64,000 bases of DNA from Candidatus Moanibacter sp. (GTDB taxonomy: Bacteria; Verrucomicrobiota; Verrucomicrobiia; Opitutales; UBA2987): the NCBI GenBank assembly GCA_965215885.1, contig CBDCEW010000095.1, positions 1 to 64,000 of the forward strand. The letters run 5' to 3'. The notes beneath the pieces are model-generated. The model had not been told where the DNA came from. It saw only the letters and a list, made by a program, of their open reading frames with translations, and made no database searches. The translations under genes and the position numbers were made by a program. Shown here piece after piece: positions 30,368 to 41,020 of this stretch; the stretch's first letter is position 1, and each line of letters starts with the position of its first letter.

Positions 30368-31201
30368 CTACACTACATCGGAGAAAATCCTCTCCATCCG
30401 CCGAAAATAATACATCCCGGATAAGAAAATAACGAACGCGGCTATCGTGCTCACTGCCAGGAGATTCCACGGAACCGGCACACTTCCCAGTAGCGAGGCT
30501 CGAAAACCCTCGATTACACTCGCCATCGGATTCAAAGCGTAGAAGAAACGATACTTTTCCGGAATGAGGCTAAGTGGATAGACTACAGGCGAGGCGTACA
30601 TGAGGAGCTGCACGACAAATCCCATAGCAAACCGAATATCTCGATATTGTATCGAAAGAGCGCTCAACCACATTGCCAATCCTGAGGCGGTCACCATCAT
30701 CAGGATTACCAGCAGGGGGAATATCAGAATCGTTGCGGTGGGAACATACTGATAAAATGCCATCAGCACGAAGACGAGGAGCAACGCGATAAAGAAATCC
30801 ACCAGCTTCGACAGCACGCCGTTCATCGGTAAGATCAGTCTTGGAAAATACACTTTCGAGAGGATATGGCTGTGGCTCTGGAGGCTATTTGCCCCTTCCG
30901 TCATCGCACTCTGAAAATAGGTCCAGGGAACGAGGGCAATATAATAAAAGAGTGGTTGAGGAATACCGTCAGTTGGCACCCGAGCCAGTTTACCGAATAT
31001 GACCGTAAATACGATCATGGAAAAAACCGGCTGCACCAGCGCCCAGCCGATCCCCAACACAGACTGCGCATAGCGCACCTTGATATCCCGCCACACCAGG
31101 AAATAGAAAAGATCGCGATATTCAACCAGTTCACTCCAGTTAACCGCCTGCCACCCCCTCCGCGCCTGAATCTTAATCAAAGGTACGACCTTTTCACTCA
31201 T
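30368..31201 (-). CDS. wzm: Polysaccharide ABC exporter permease
   Basis: RDIKVRY.QS.LG..WA, KVYFPR, YALNPM. Confidence 0.93.
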   Translation of the reverse strand: MSEKVVPLIKIQARRGWQAVNWSELVEYRDLFYFLVWRDIKVRYAQSVLGIGWALVQPVFSMIVFTVIFGKLARVPTDGIPQPLFYYIALVPWTYFQSAMTEGANSLQSHSHILSKVYFPRLILPMNGVLSKLVDFFIALLLVFVLMAFYQYVPTATILIFPLLVILMMVTASGLAMWLSALSIQYRDIRFAMGFVVQLLMYASPVVYPLSLIPEKYRFFYALNPMASVIEGFRASLLGSVPVPWNLLAVSTIAAFVIFLSGMYYFRRMERIFSDVV

Positions 31202-31218
31202 AACTGCCTCAAAACTCT

Positions 31219-31404
31219 CTAAAAGAACGCTACACCTTGCGCAAATCCAGTTTCACAGCACTTCCTTGGTCTTATCGATTGAACGAGACTAGACAGGATT
31301 TCTGCCTCCTCCCATGACACATTTCCCCTCAGTTGCACTTCCCTGCCTCCCTCTTCGAAAGTAACGCCTCTTTGAAAAACCTCCTCCAAAATAGAAGGTA
31401 ACAT
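31219..31404 (-). pseudogene. 5' fragment of a class I SAM methyltransferase
   Basis: ..EAEILSSLVQSIRPRKCCETGFAQGVA then stop. Confidence 0.6.
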
Positions 31405-31563
31405 CCTGTTCCCAGATTGAGATTCCTTCACTGTTGCACTTCCCAAAAATCCCGCATCCCCGTCGATACGAAGTGAAGACCCTGAGCCTAGCCTGCCACG
31501 GCGCAGCAGAGCGGAGACGGGTCGAAGGGCATCCCGCATCTCGCATCCCGCATCCCCTCTTCC

Positions 31564-32532
31564 TCACATCTCCGCCTCCACCAACAACCCAGCCATCTCC
31601 TCAAAAGTAACCGTGGGCGCCCAGCCGAGTTTTCCACTGGCATGAACGAAGTTCCCGCACTGGGGATGCATCTCCGCTTTTCGATTGAGCGACGGATCGC
31701 AGTCGACGTGATCACGCCAATCCAGATCTACCGATCTGAAACAGGCGTCGACCAGTTCTTCCACTGAATGGGATATTCCCGTGGCAAAGACATAATCTTC
31801 GATCTCCTCCTCCTGGAGCATGCGCCACATCCCCTCCACATAGTCGGGCGCCCAACCCCAGTCCCGCTTTGCGTCGAGACTTCCCAGAACGAGGCGCTCC
31901 CGCTCTCCCCGTTTGATCGAAGCTACTCCTTGGGCAATCTTCTTCGAGACGAAATTCGGATTCCGTCGCGGTGACTCATGATTGAACATTATCCCTGAGC
32001 CACAGGGCAGACCATAGTTCTCCCTGTAGATTGTAACAAGATTCTGTGCGTAAGCTTTTGCCGCACCATAAGGGGTGACCAATTGAACCGGTGTCGTCTC
32101 ATCCTGCATCGCCGCATCCGTCTTTCCGAAGACCTCGCAACTGGAGGCGAAGAAGAATTTCGCCGGCCCCTCCATAAGCCGATTCAACTCCAACATCTGC
32201 AGGGTATAGGTCGCGTTGCTCTGAAGCGTCTGCTCGGGAAAATCAAAACTCAACCGCGGACTGCTCTGACCGGCTAAATGGTAGATCTCTTCCGGTTCAA
32301 TCCGCATAACGATTCGCTCCAGTCGCATGTTGTCGAAGACCTCCATCCCATGGACAAAGAGCCGTTCCCCGTATATCTCCGGGTCATTGACAAGGTGCGC
32401 CAGATTGCCGGTCTCCAGTGAACTCAGGTATCGCGTGATCCCATGTACCTCATACCCCTTTTCCAGAAGCAGATCACACAGATACGATCCATCCTGCCCC
32501 GTGATCCCAGTAATTAATGCTCGTCTCGCCAT
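31564..32532 (-). CDS. gmd: GDP-mannose 4,6-dehydratase
   Basis: ALITGITGQDGSYL, PYGAAK, FNHESPRR, RDWG.A.DYV. Confidence 0.92.
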   Translation of the reverse strand: MARRALITGITGQDGSYLCDLLLEKGYEVHGITRYLSSLETGNLAHLVNDPEIYGERLFVHGMEVFDNMRLERIVMRIEPEEIYHLAGQSSPRLSFDFPEQTLQSNATYTLQMLELNRLMEGPAKFFFASSCEVFGKTDAAMQDETTPVQLVTPYGAAKAYAQNLVTIYRENYGLPCGSGIMFNHESPRRNPNFVSKKIAQGVASIKRGERERLVLGSLDAKRDWGWAPDYVEGMWRMLQEEEIEDYVFATGISHSVEELVDACFRSVDLDWRDHVDCDPSLNRKAEMHPQCGNFVHASGKLGWAPTVTFEEMAGLLVEAEM

Positions 32533-32619
32533 AAGTTATGATGTTGTGCGGATCTCTTCATGCGTGGGCGCGTTAAATCGAAAATGTTGAGGAGGAAAAT
32601 CTAAATTGGCGCCGAAATT

Positions 32620-33540
32620 TCCTTTGAAAGGTATCAGATCCAAAGTAGAGAAACCACGGATTGCACGGATGAAATGCAGTCGACAAGGTTCGCGACGAGG
32701 TTTCCAAGGGAAGTAGGAGTTTCCTTCTCCATTCGCGTCCATCTGCGGTTCTCTTCTTCTTTTTTGGTTGCAGCTTCGCTGCGCTAGTCGATCCGTGGTC
32801 TCTCTCCGTGTCTCCCCCTTTGCGTCTTTGCGTGAGAATTCTTTCCTTTTCGTCTTCCACTGTTTCCTTCTATTCACTTTTCTTCCCCATTCGTTGCCCT
32901 TCATTCATTCGTTGCTAACTCCTACCTTTGGTTGCGGCTTTGCTGCGCTAGGTCCATTCACGTGCGTTCGTGTTTTCCCTCTCCCCTCTTTGTCCCGAAT
33001 TGCCGGGTTTCACTAATCACGCATCCTGCATCACTGGATACTTCCTTCCCCCACCCACGCTACCGCCCCTGGTCGCTCTCCGCCTCAAGCGAAGAAACCT
33101 TCTTTATTCCCTGCCGCACAACTCCTCTCTTCACGGCACTTTTGACTGTCACCCTGCCGTACGGCAGGGACTCCGTCCCTCTCAGCGGGACTACGACTGG
33201 TCACTAATCACTCTTCTACTGTTCACTTCTGAATTCCCCGCATCCCGTATCTCGCATCCCCCATCTCGTATCACTGCTCCATCCCCAAAAAGATTCCCGC
33301 CTGCCCTGAGCTAGTCGAAGGGCTTTAGCGCATTTTCGCGTATTTAGCGGGCATTCACTCTTCAACTCTGTCACTATGAAACTCTGTAGCTTTTTCACTG
33401 CTGAGAGAAACGAAGTCCCGGCTTGCCGGGGTTCACTGACTACCTCCCATCCCCATTCGTCGCCCTCCTTGGCTCGGCGTAGCATGCGTAGACGGCTCAT
33501 TCATTCGTTGCTAAACTCTTCCTCTTCCCTCAACCTGACC
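32620..33540. repeat. Mosaic of short intergenic repeats
   Basis: Units shared with 3242-3273, 5975-6010, 38432-38463 and 41105-41142, e.g. CCCCATTCGTTGCCCTTCATTCATTCGTTGCT. Confidence 0.75.
33056..33072 (-). promoter_or_regulatory. ops/JUMPstart-like element
   Basis: Minus strand CCAGGGGCGGTAGCGTG contains the 12-nt ops GGCGGTAGCGTG, between the NusG paralogue and gmd. Confidence 0.8.
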
Positions 33541-33541
33541 C

Positions 33542-34105
33542 TCACCCAACCGCCAGCAAGTCCATCCGTGGATCCCCTTTCTTCGGCAAAATCGACTCCA
33601 CCGGCATCTCCAACGCGAGTTGCCGGCCCAGAAAATCCAATAGCAGCGAAACCCGTTGCATAGCCGTCGATTCGCCGCTTACTACCGCCTCGAAGTTCAA
33701 GAAAGGCCCCGCCGTCACCACCACTTCGGTCCCTACGCCCAGCCACGGTTCGGGCGCTTCGCAAGTCTGACCTACGGCAGAGCCGAGCCGCGCTTTTAAT
33801 TCTTCCACGAATTCAGCCGGAATATCGCTTCCGTAACGCACCACCGATACCACACCGCCCATTGCCAGTAGATGCCGCATCGCCTCAAGAATCTCACAGC
33901 GCACAAAGATATAGCCCGGAAACATCGCTTCCGTAAAGCGCACCTTCCCTCTCCGTGTCATCTTATGATAACTCACCCGTGGACAATATACCTCCGCCTC
34001 CACCTGCGTTCGAATATTCGCGGCTGCTACATGCTCACGTTTCGACTCCGTGCGCAAACAGTACCACGCTGCTCTATCCCGCTCCCGACTCAGATCCACT
34101 ACCAT
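33542..34105 (-). CDS. NusG paralogue (RfaH-like antiterminator)
   Basis: NGN domain WYCLRT..EAMFPGYIFV; KOW-like GTEVVVTAGPF..RVSLLLDFLGR. Confidence 0.88.
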   Translation of the reverse strand: MVVDLSRERDRAAWYCLRTESKREHVAAANIRTQVEAEVYCPRVSYHKMTRRGKVRFTEAMFPGYIFVRCEILEAMRHLLAMGGVVSVVRYGSDIPAEFVEELKARLGSAVGQTCEAPEPWLGVGTEVVVTAGPFLNFEAVVSGESTAMQRVSLLLDFLGRQLALEMPVESILPKKGDPRMDLLAVG

Positions 34106-34107
34106 AT

Positions 34108-34617
34108 TCAGAACTTTATGAAAGAGGTTATCTTATCGATCAGGCCGCCGCCCATTTTATGCCAGTTTTCGAGTTTGTGAAGCCGACTCTCATAGTGCTC
34201 TATCTGCTCCTTGGAGATTTCCTCCAGTAAAGGCCTGATACTCTCCAACCGCTCAGTCGTGCTCTCCAAATGCGGGGAAACTTCCTCTCTGAAAAAGCCC
34301 GCCATCAGTTTGCGAAATTCCGTCTCCGCCATATAAAAATCCTTGCGCCTCCCAGGCATATATACCGGCTTTACCGCCCGAAATCCCCGCAACTGCTTCA
34401 AGCCCTGACTCGCCGTCCCTAAACTGATTCTCAGCTTCTCCATGATCTGATCCATCGACAACGGCTCCGGCGAAATATACAACAAGCCATAGATTTCCCC
34501 AATCGACTTCGGCAGCCCAATCAACTGCGCCGCCCGCACAAAGATATCAATCACTTCCGCCTCAATCTCCTCCAGGCTCTCAACCTCTAATGCCATTATT
34601 GCACTCTCTTCGGCCAT
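34108..34617 (-). CDS. GbsR/MarR-family transcriptional regulator
   Basis: GLPKSIGEIYGLLY.S.EPLS.D.I..L.ISLG.ASQGLK.L..RKDFY.AE. Confidence 0.85.
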   Translation of the reverse strand: MAEESAIMALEVESLEEIEAEVIDIFVRAAQLIGLPKSIGEIYGLLYISPEPLSMDQIMEKLRISLGTASQGLKQLRGFRAVKPVYMPGRRKDFYMAETEFRKLMAGFFREEVSPHLESTTERLESIRPLLEEISKEQIEHYESRLHKLENWHKMGGGLIDKITSFIKF

Positions 34618-35353
34618 TTTCTCCCCGGGGTTAATAATCAATTCGTAAATTTCAAGAAAAAATGAAATAATTGATTGTTTTAAATGCCATTGAACCCATT
34701 GAACCAAACGACCAATGAGCCAGAAAACAGGTTACAAAGAGGCACTGCGCAGCGAAGCCGCAATCGAATTGAGGGAAAGAGAGGAACCGCAGATGAACGC
34801 GAATGAAGAAGAATTGACCACGGATTCGAGAAAACCGCGGATTGAGCGGATAAGGAGAGGACAAAGATTCCGCAGTCGCAAGAAGGAGTATAGAGAATAT
34901 GAAAACGAGTGCAATTGCTCATGCCGCTGGGTGGAGGGCATTGAATCCAGGTTTTCCGGTCCCTTCGAGTTGGCCCCTAAAGATCGGTCTTTCCATCTCC
35001 TTTTTTCCGGCCTACCCGGATTCAATCCTCTTCTGCGCTTCCCTTTCTCCCAGATCCCTCCTGTCTCATCCGTGATTTTATCGAATCCGCGGGGTTTCCT
35101 TCTATATCTGAGTCCATTTGCGTGAATCTGCGGTTCTCTTCTTCTTTTTCGGTTGCGACCCTACTGCGCTAGGCTTCCTTGGCACGCAATGGCCCCCGTC
35201 CGAGCAACGGCGGCTCAGTGGTGCTCTGTGTCGAAGATTCTGCTTTGCAGGAGCCCCTCTTCTGCCCAAGTTCCCACAGTTTCGGCGGCCCAACTCTTTT
35301 GGTTGCAGCCCAAGGCCTCTCTGAAATACTAATACTCCTTCTTTCCTGAAATC

Positions 35354-36772
35354 ATGATCGATAGTCGCAGACGGGGCCTGCTCACCCTGCAGGCGGTGGT
35401 GGTGCTCATCTTCATGCCGCTCTGGTTCTCATTCAACGTCCTCATGGCGGTGGAAGTCTTCCGCAAAATGGCATATGCGCAGGTGAATCTCCCTCTTTAC
35501 ATTTTTGGCATAGCCGCGGCCAGTCTGATTTCCCTCAACTACAACTATCAGACTATCCCTCACGGCACCGAGCGCTACCGGTGGGTTTCGGCGGTCAAGC
35601 GGACTAATGCAGACATCATTATTCTGGCGTTAGTTTTCTTTTCCATCGTATTTGCCACCAAGGACAAAGCGATCAGCCGCCTCTTCCTCGGAGTCCACCT
35701 CGTGTCGACCTGGGGCATGCTCCTCTTTTTCAACCGCTACCTGCCCGGATGGTTGTCCTCAATCGCTTTTCGTGGAAGCAACACCATCAACACCTTGCTC
35801 GTGGGAAGCCCCAGAGCGGCCCGCCGGCTGGAAGACTGGATCCTTACGCGCCCTCCCCTCGGAATGAAGGTAATCGGAATGGTCTGCTACGACGAAGACG
35901 AACAGGAAGATGTCCCACTCCCCATTATCGGCTACATCTCCGATTTCGACAACATTCTGAGTGAGAATGAAATTTATCAGGTGATTCTCCTCGAGGTGCG
36001 GAAATCGAAGGCATGGGTGAACTACGTTGTCGACACCTGCTACCGGGAAGGCTGCCGGGTGCTAATCCTCAACAACTGGGAGGAGTATATTGACCAGCCA
36101 CTAACCGCGGTGACTGAGGGCAACCACACCTTCTTTACTTTGCAGGCGGAGCCGTTGGAGAATCCCCTCAACCGGCTTGTCAAACGCACCACAGATGTCT
36201 GTGTATCGCTGCCCATAGTCCTTTTCATCCTCCCGCCTTTGTGCCTCCTCGTGAAGTTGATGCAATGGAAACAGGCTCCCGGACCCCTCTTCTTTCGACA
36301 GAAACGCACCGGACACCAGAAGCGGGAATTCACTATCCTGAAATTCCGCACCATGCGCCCCCCGAGTGAATCCAAACCTCCATTTGAAGCCAAACAAGCG
36401 AGTATAGAGGATGAGCGCATCTTCGCCTTTGGACAGTTTCTCCGCCGCAAGAGCCTCGACGAGTTTCCGCAGTTCATCAATGTGCTTCTCGGAAACATGA
36501 GCGTCGTCGGTCCGAGACCCCACCTGTCGGCTCACGATGAACACTTCAAACGCCTCGTCGAAATTTACCGAACCCGACACTTCGTCAAACCGGGAATTAC
36601 GGGGCTAGCGCAATGCCGGGGATTCCGTGGGGAGATCAACGATGTCGATCAAATCCGCGAACGCGTCCGCCTCGATATCGAATACATCAACAACTGGTCG
36701 ATCTGGCTCGACCTCGGCCTCATCGTGAGAACCTTCAACCAGATCTTCTTCCCCCCGAAATCCGCCTACTGA
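35354..36772 (+). CDS. Polyprenyl-phosphate glycosylphosphotransferase (WcaJ-like priming enzyme)
   Basis: 4 N-terminal TMs, KR..D, KFRTM, LDEFPQFINVL.G.MS.VGPRP, KPGITGLAQ. Confidence 0.93.
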   Translation: MIDSRRRGLLTLQAVVVLIFMPLWFSFNVLMAVEVFRKMAYAQVNLPLYIFGIAAASLISLNYNYQTIPHGTERYRWVSAVKRTNADIIILALVFFSIVFATKDKAISRLFLGVHLVSTWGMLLFFNRYLPGWLSSIAFRGSNTINTLLVGSPRAARRLEDWILTRPPLGMKVIGMVCYDEDEQEDVPLPIIGYISDFDNILSENEIYQVILLEVRKSKAWVNYVVDTCYREGCRVLILNNWEEYIDQPLTAVTEGNHTFFTLQAEPLENPLNRLVKRTTDVCVSLPIVLFILPPLCLLVKLMQWKQAPGPLFFRQKRTGHQKREFTILKFRTMRPPSESKPPFEAKQASIEDERIFAFGQFLRRKSLDEFPQFINVLLGNMSVVGPRPHLSAHDEHFKRLVEIYRTRHFVKPGITGLAQCRGFRGEINDVDQIRERVRLDIEYINNWSIWLDLGLIVRTFNQIFFPPKSAY

Positions 36773-36876
36773 AACACAAGTCCTGGACTTGGAACTCATG
36801 TCTTTATGGCACGATATTCGTTCCTGGATTCAGAGATAAGACCTGAAATCATAGTCTGATTAAGACAAGACTCGAA

Positions 36877-38070
36877 ATGTTTACCGCAAGAGTGAGAAAA
36901 CCTCTACTACTTTCGGGAGTGATCTCTGCCAGCTTTCTGCTCTCCCTAGCCCTTGCCGAGGGTCTCGCTCGCCTTTTTCTTAGTCCACCTCAGAGAACCC
37001 GCGTCCAAAATAAAGCTCCCCCACCGGGCCACGACATCGATTCTTCAACGAATCAGATCGACCAGCAAGAGTCTTCAAGACTATTTGTCCAAACCCAGAC
37101 CGGACTCCGCCTTCGTCCAAACACTAAAGTGACTGTATCCCACTCAGATCTAAGCAAGCTGGATTTTACAATCGAAACGAACGCCCTTGGCTACCGCAAC
37201 CGGGAGATATCATATGAGAAGACCATTCCCCGGTACCTTTTTCTAGGCGACTCAATAACTCTGGGCGCCTACCTTCCAGAGAACGATACATTCGTCAGAC
37301 GAATCGAATCTCTTGCGCAACGGGAAGCTCATCCCATCGACGCAATTAACGCCGGCGTATCTGGTATTGGGGTCTCTGATTATCTCAACATTCTGCGCGA
37401 GACTGGATTGACCGTCGACCCAAACGTAGTCGTCATCAATTTCTACCTAAATGACCATCGACCTTCGATGACGGTCAGTCAAATCCAACTACCTCGCCCC
37501 TTTAGCTCGAGCTATTTTCTAAGCCATTTGGCTCGCTTTACTTCCGTCGCATATACGCGGGTGCAAATCGGACACGATCCCGTTTCAGCCGTACTTCCCG
37601 GTCAACTCAAACTGAAGAGGTTTTCCAATGAAATCGCCGCACATTTCCCAGGAGAAGCGGGCGACTATCGGCACAGTAAGAAAGCCTTTAATACGCTTAT
37701 CCTTGAGAATGTTTTCGACTGGGGTGGTTCGTGGAGCAATTCCGCATGGAACGATATCGAGCCCTATTTCGGAAAATTCAGTGAGCTTTCAAATCTGTAT
37801 GGCTTTGACCTTCTTCTGATTGTATTCCCAGTCAGTTTCCAGGCTGAAGCTGAGTTTCTTTATGACCAACCTCAAGAGCGGATCCAGGCAATCGCGCAGA
37901 AGTATGGCATTTCTACATTGGATCTCCTCCCCTTGTTTCGGCAGTCGTTCAAGCAGAACGGAGGAGGCCTTTTTTACGATCATTGCCACCACACGCCATA
38001 CGGAAACCGTCTCCTCGCGGAATGGATCTGGCGGTTCCTACGGGAGCATACAACCAACTTCAAGGGTTGA
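36877..38070 (+). CDS. SGNH/GDSL hydrolase-family protein
   Basis: FLGDSIT, NAGVSG, YLND, DHCH; N-terminal TM. Confidence 0.85.
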   Translation: MFTARVRKPLLLSGVISASFLLSLALAEGLARLFLSPPQRTRVQNKAPPPGHDIDSSTNQIDQQESSRLFVQTQTGLRLRPNTKVTVSHSDLSKLDFTIETNALGYRNREISYEKTIPRYLFLGDSITLGAYLPENDTFVRRIESLAQREAHPIDAINAGVSGIGVSDYLNILRETGLTVDPNVVVINFYLNDHRPSMTVSQIQLPRPFSSSYFLSHLARFTSVAYTRVQIGHDPVSAVLPGQLKLKRFSNEIAAHFPGEAGDYRHSKKAFNTLILENVFDWGGSWSNSAWNDIEPYFGKFSELSNLYGFDLLLIVFPVSFQAEAEFLYDQPQERIQAIAQKYGISTLDLLPLFRQSFKQNGGGLFYDHCHHTPYGNRLLAEWIWRFLREHTTNFKG

Positions 38071-38646
38071 CAGATTCTATAGGGATTACGCGAAAAAGTG
38101 AAACAAGCCGGGAACGACCCCTAATTCATTGCTGGCATGTGCCCATCATGGCGCTCCGATCATTCGTTTCAGCACTCGGAAGTCCTGCATCAGCCAACTG
38201 AATATCTTTAACTGCCGAATGAAAAGAAACAGAAAATTACACTCCAATCATCCTGTCAACGCCCCACTCCCCTTCCCTCAAACTTCGCAGCAGAGACCAC
38301 GGATTACATTGATGGTAGCATCTTTTGATTCGAGTTTGAAACGACGAAGTCTGAGACGAAGCTCTAACGATCCAAAACCACCCTTCAAACATCGTAGTCC
38401 GTGCGCCCCACATCTCGCATCACTGAACACTCCCCATTCGGTGCCCTTCATTCATTCGTTGCTAAACCCTTCCCTCTTCCAGCCTTCCGTTATTCCGCCA
38501 AAAGTTCCCCCACTTTCGCGCTTTTTAGCGTACACCGTCCGTAGCTTTTACATCCTCTGAAGCTTTGCCGTACGGCAGAGAGGAAGCGCAGGAGGGGGCA
38601 TCCACTCTTTAACTTCAGATCTCACTATATTGCCCCTCTAAAGGCA

Positions 38647-40872
38647 CTATGCAATCGCAAGTTTAAATCCCGATTTTTTGCCCAGTCGGAAGATGATTCT
38701 TCGGCCTGAACCGTCGGGCATCAGTAAGGGCTTCTCATTGAGAGTTTGCAGATACTCAAGCACCACCGCCTGCACCCGAGGGGGATAAGTTGCGGTGGGG
38801 AATAAATGCGCTTCGACCGCACAGCCCCTCTCTATAAGAACGCCGTCACTGTGAGTCAAATTGCGAAACAGATCGTGGTCGTCACGATAGTTGTTGTAGC
38901 GAGCTTTAAAGGGTTCGAGCTGCTTGTAGAAGCTGTTACGGGCGAAGATTTTCAAGGCATCCATGAGGGACTTGTTAGCGGTGTCCAGGCGGACATAGTT
39001 TTCATCAATGAGGCGCTGCAGCCTCGAGCATTCGGTGTCGATTTGCTCCAGTTCGAGTTGGAGGGCTTTGAGGGCCTGATCGAGTCGACGGATCTTTTCG
39101 CCCCTTGAGGCGCTTTTGCCCGGGTGGGCATGCTCGGCCAGGAGCAGTCTTTTCAATTCTTCGGTGCATTGCTGTTTTTGCTTCAGGAGGGCTTTGGCGG
39201 CACCGCTTTTCTCCTGCTTGTCCTCAAGGTGTTGGGCTAATCGCTTGTAGTGGACGGTGCGATAAGAGGTGATCTGATTAATCCCAAAGTGCTTATCGAG
39301 GTATTTGAAGTCATTCTCCTGAATCCAGCGACTGAACATCCCTTTGATTACCTCTTCATTTCGGGCCTGCTGATCGGTCGCCAGGATGCTCACGGTAATG
39401 GTTCGATTTTTTGGATTGGTCGCCTCCACGATCCACTGCACCAGTTGAGGATTTTTCTTCCAGGGGCCCCGCTGATAGCGAAGATGATACTCCTGGAGAT
39501 CTTCGGCATGGTTGCGCGCGCGCTGCAGGCGCAACTGCCCGTCGATCCGTTGGAGGGGCTGGGCGCTGGCCTTGTAACCTTTTTCCCAGGTAATGATTTC
39601 GAGTTGAGGATGCTCCACGATGGCTTCGTAAAACCACTCCGCGGCGATCGCCCGGTCCACGTAAATGCTCACCTTCTTATCAGCCGGCAACTGCACCAGC
39701 TCGAGCATCGCTTCGCAGTTGGGGATAAACCGTTCCCTTATATCCTCATAGTTGTCGGTACTCGCAAAATAGATCGGATAGCCCTTGAGGGTATGAATAA
39801 AATCGCTGTGGAGCGCTTTGTCGGCCAGACGGATACCCGGACACCATCCCGCCAGCACCTTGCTCATTCCGGTGTAATGTTTGGTGTGCGGATCATAATA
39901 AAAGCTCTCTTCATCCGAAGCATTCAGGCCCCTCGCGTTCACTCTGAGGATCTCTCTTAAAAGCCCTTCATCGGCCAGGGCGCTAAGGCTTTGGCGTTGC
40001 AGATAGGGGGTATACAGGACTCGCCCGATGAGTTTTTGCAGGTCTTCGAGATCGAGCAGTTTGCTCTGCTCGATATTGACCGCGGCCAACAACCCGCAAG
40101 CCACCCATTGTTTCAAAAGCCAGCCCTCTTCGCGATCAATCTGAGCGACTTCTCTGAGCGCGGCACTGAACAGAAGTACTCCCAGGTGCCGATACCATTG
40201 CACCGCTTCGGAGCTCTCCCTCGAAAAATCGGGAGACTCCTTGCGATTGTCCCCTTCGCTTTCGGGGCTATTTTCTGCTTCTTGCTCCTGTTCGTCCCTC
40301 CCCGAGTCCTCCGGGCAATCCCAGGGAGTCTCCCGATTTTGCGCCCTCTCGGCTTCGGCCTCCTTTGCCCGGGCCTCTTTAAGCTCCTTAAAGACAGGGC
40401 GCAAAGTTTCCCCACTGAGGTTAACTCCGAACACCTCCTCGATCTCCCCCCGTATCTTCTTGCTGTAGCCATACCGACTCTCCCCATAGATCTGCCCGAA
40501 GCGCACCCGCCCAAAACTCCGGATTTCCCTCGTCAATTTGCGATGAGCGCTGCGTCCCGCCAGCACTCGCGCTAAGGTCTCGGCATCTCCGCTTTGAAGC
40601 GCCTCCCCCCACCGCTTCATCGTTTTGGGGTCAACCTCAAATTGCTTCTCTAAGCGCCCTTTCTTCAACCCCGCATTGTAGAGGCGCCCCGCCAATAGCT
40701 TGAATTCAACTTGCTCCCGATCGTCCTCTACGACTTCAAAAAGCTCATGCCCGTAATAGACGTGCAGTTTGCCTTCGCTCAGATCCCGATAGACCGTGAT
40801 CGAGGGATTACCCTTGTCCACTCCAAGGATGCACTGTAAGAAGGTCTCTTCTTTGACGGTAGGTTTCTCCAT
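38647..40872 (-). CDS. Putative DDE transposase, 741 aa
   Basis: N-terminal HTHs; YYDPH.K.Y.G, YVDR and RW.QEN.FKY motifs; coiled coil; bounded by TIRs. Confidence 0.75.
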   Translation of the reverse strand: MEKPTVKEETFLQCILGVDKGNPSITVYRDLSEGKLHVYYGHELFEVVEDDREQVEFKLLAGRLYNAGLKKGRLEKQFEVDPKTMKRWGEALQSGDAETLARVLAGRSAHRKLTREIRSFGRVRFGQIYGESRYGYSKKIRGEIEEVFGVNLSGETLRPVFKELKEARAKEAEAERAQNRETPWDCPEDSGRDEQEQEAENSPESEGDNRKESPDFSRESSEAVQWYRHLGVLLFSAALREVAQIDREEGWLLKQWVACGLLAAVNIEQSKLLDLEDLQKLIGRVLYTPYLQRQSLSALADEGLLREILRVNARGLNASDEESFYYDPHTKHYTGMSKVLAGWCPGIRLADKALHSDFIHTLKGYPIYFASTDNYEDIRERFIPNCEAMLELVQLPADKKVSIYVDRAIAAEWFYEAIVEHPQLEIITWEKGYKASAQPLQRIDGQLRLQRARNHAEDLQEYHLRYQRGPWKKNPQLVQWIVEATNPKNRTITVSILATDQQARNEEVIKGMFSRWIQENDFKYLDKHFGINQITSYRTVHYKRLAQHLEDKQEKSGAAKALLKQKQQCTEELKRLLLAEHAHPGKSASRGEKIRRLDQALKALQLELEQIDTECSRLQRLIDENYVRLDTANKSLMDALKIFARNSFYKQLEPFKARYNNYRDDHDLFRNLTHSDGVLIERGCAVEAHLFPTATYPPRVQAVVLEYLQTLNEKPLLMPDGSGRRIIFRLGKKSGFKLAIA

Positions 40873-40924
40873 TTTTCTTCGAATTTGATGGTTCGAAGAT
40901 GAAGCCTACCGTTTTCTTTAGCTC

Positions 40925-41020
40925 TTAAAGATCCTCGGGGCAAGCCCCGAGGCATTTGATATTAGACTTTATGAATTAGAAACGAAGCAAGCTTCGGGGA
41001 ATTAAACCCGAAGCGATTAA
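40925..41020. mobile_element. Two-hairpin miniature element (IS200/IS605-end-like)
   Basis: Hairpins CCTCGGGG-caag-CCCCGAGG and GCTTCGGG-N8-CCCGAAGC, with TTAA at both ends. Confidence 0.55.

Noticed and set aside
33682..33689. Second GGCGGTAG inside the nusG paralogue
   Set aside because: It lacks the nnTG tail and lies in coding sequence; likely chance.
32536..35324. Short ORFs in the repeat-rich leaders, or a CRISPR array
   Set aside because: They are low-complexity translations of repeats, with no regular repeat-spacer period and no cas genes.
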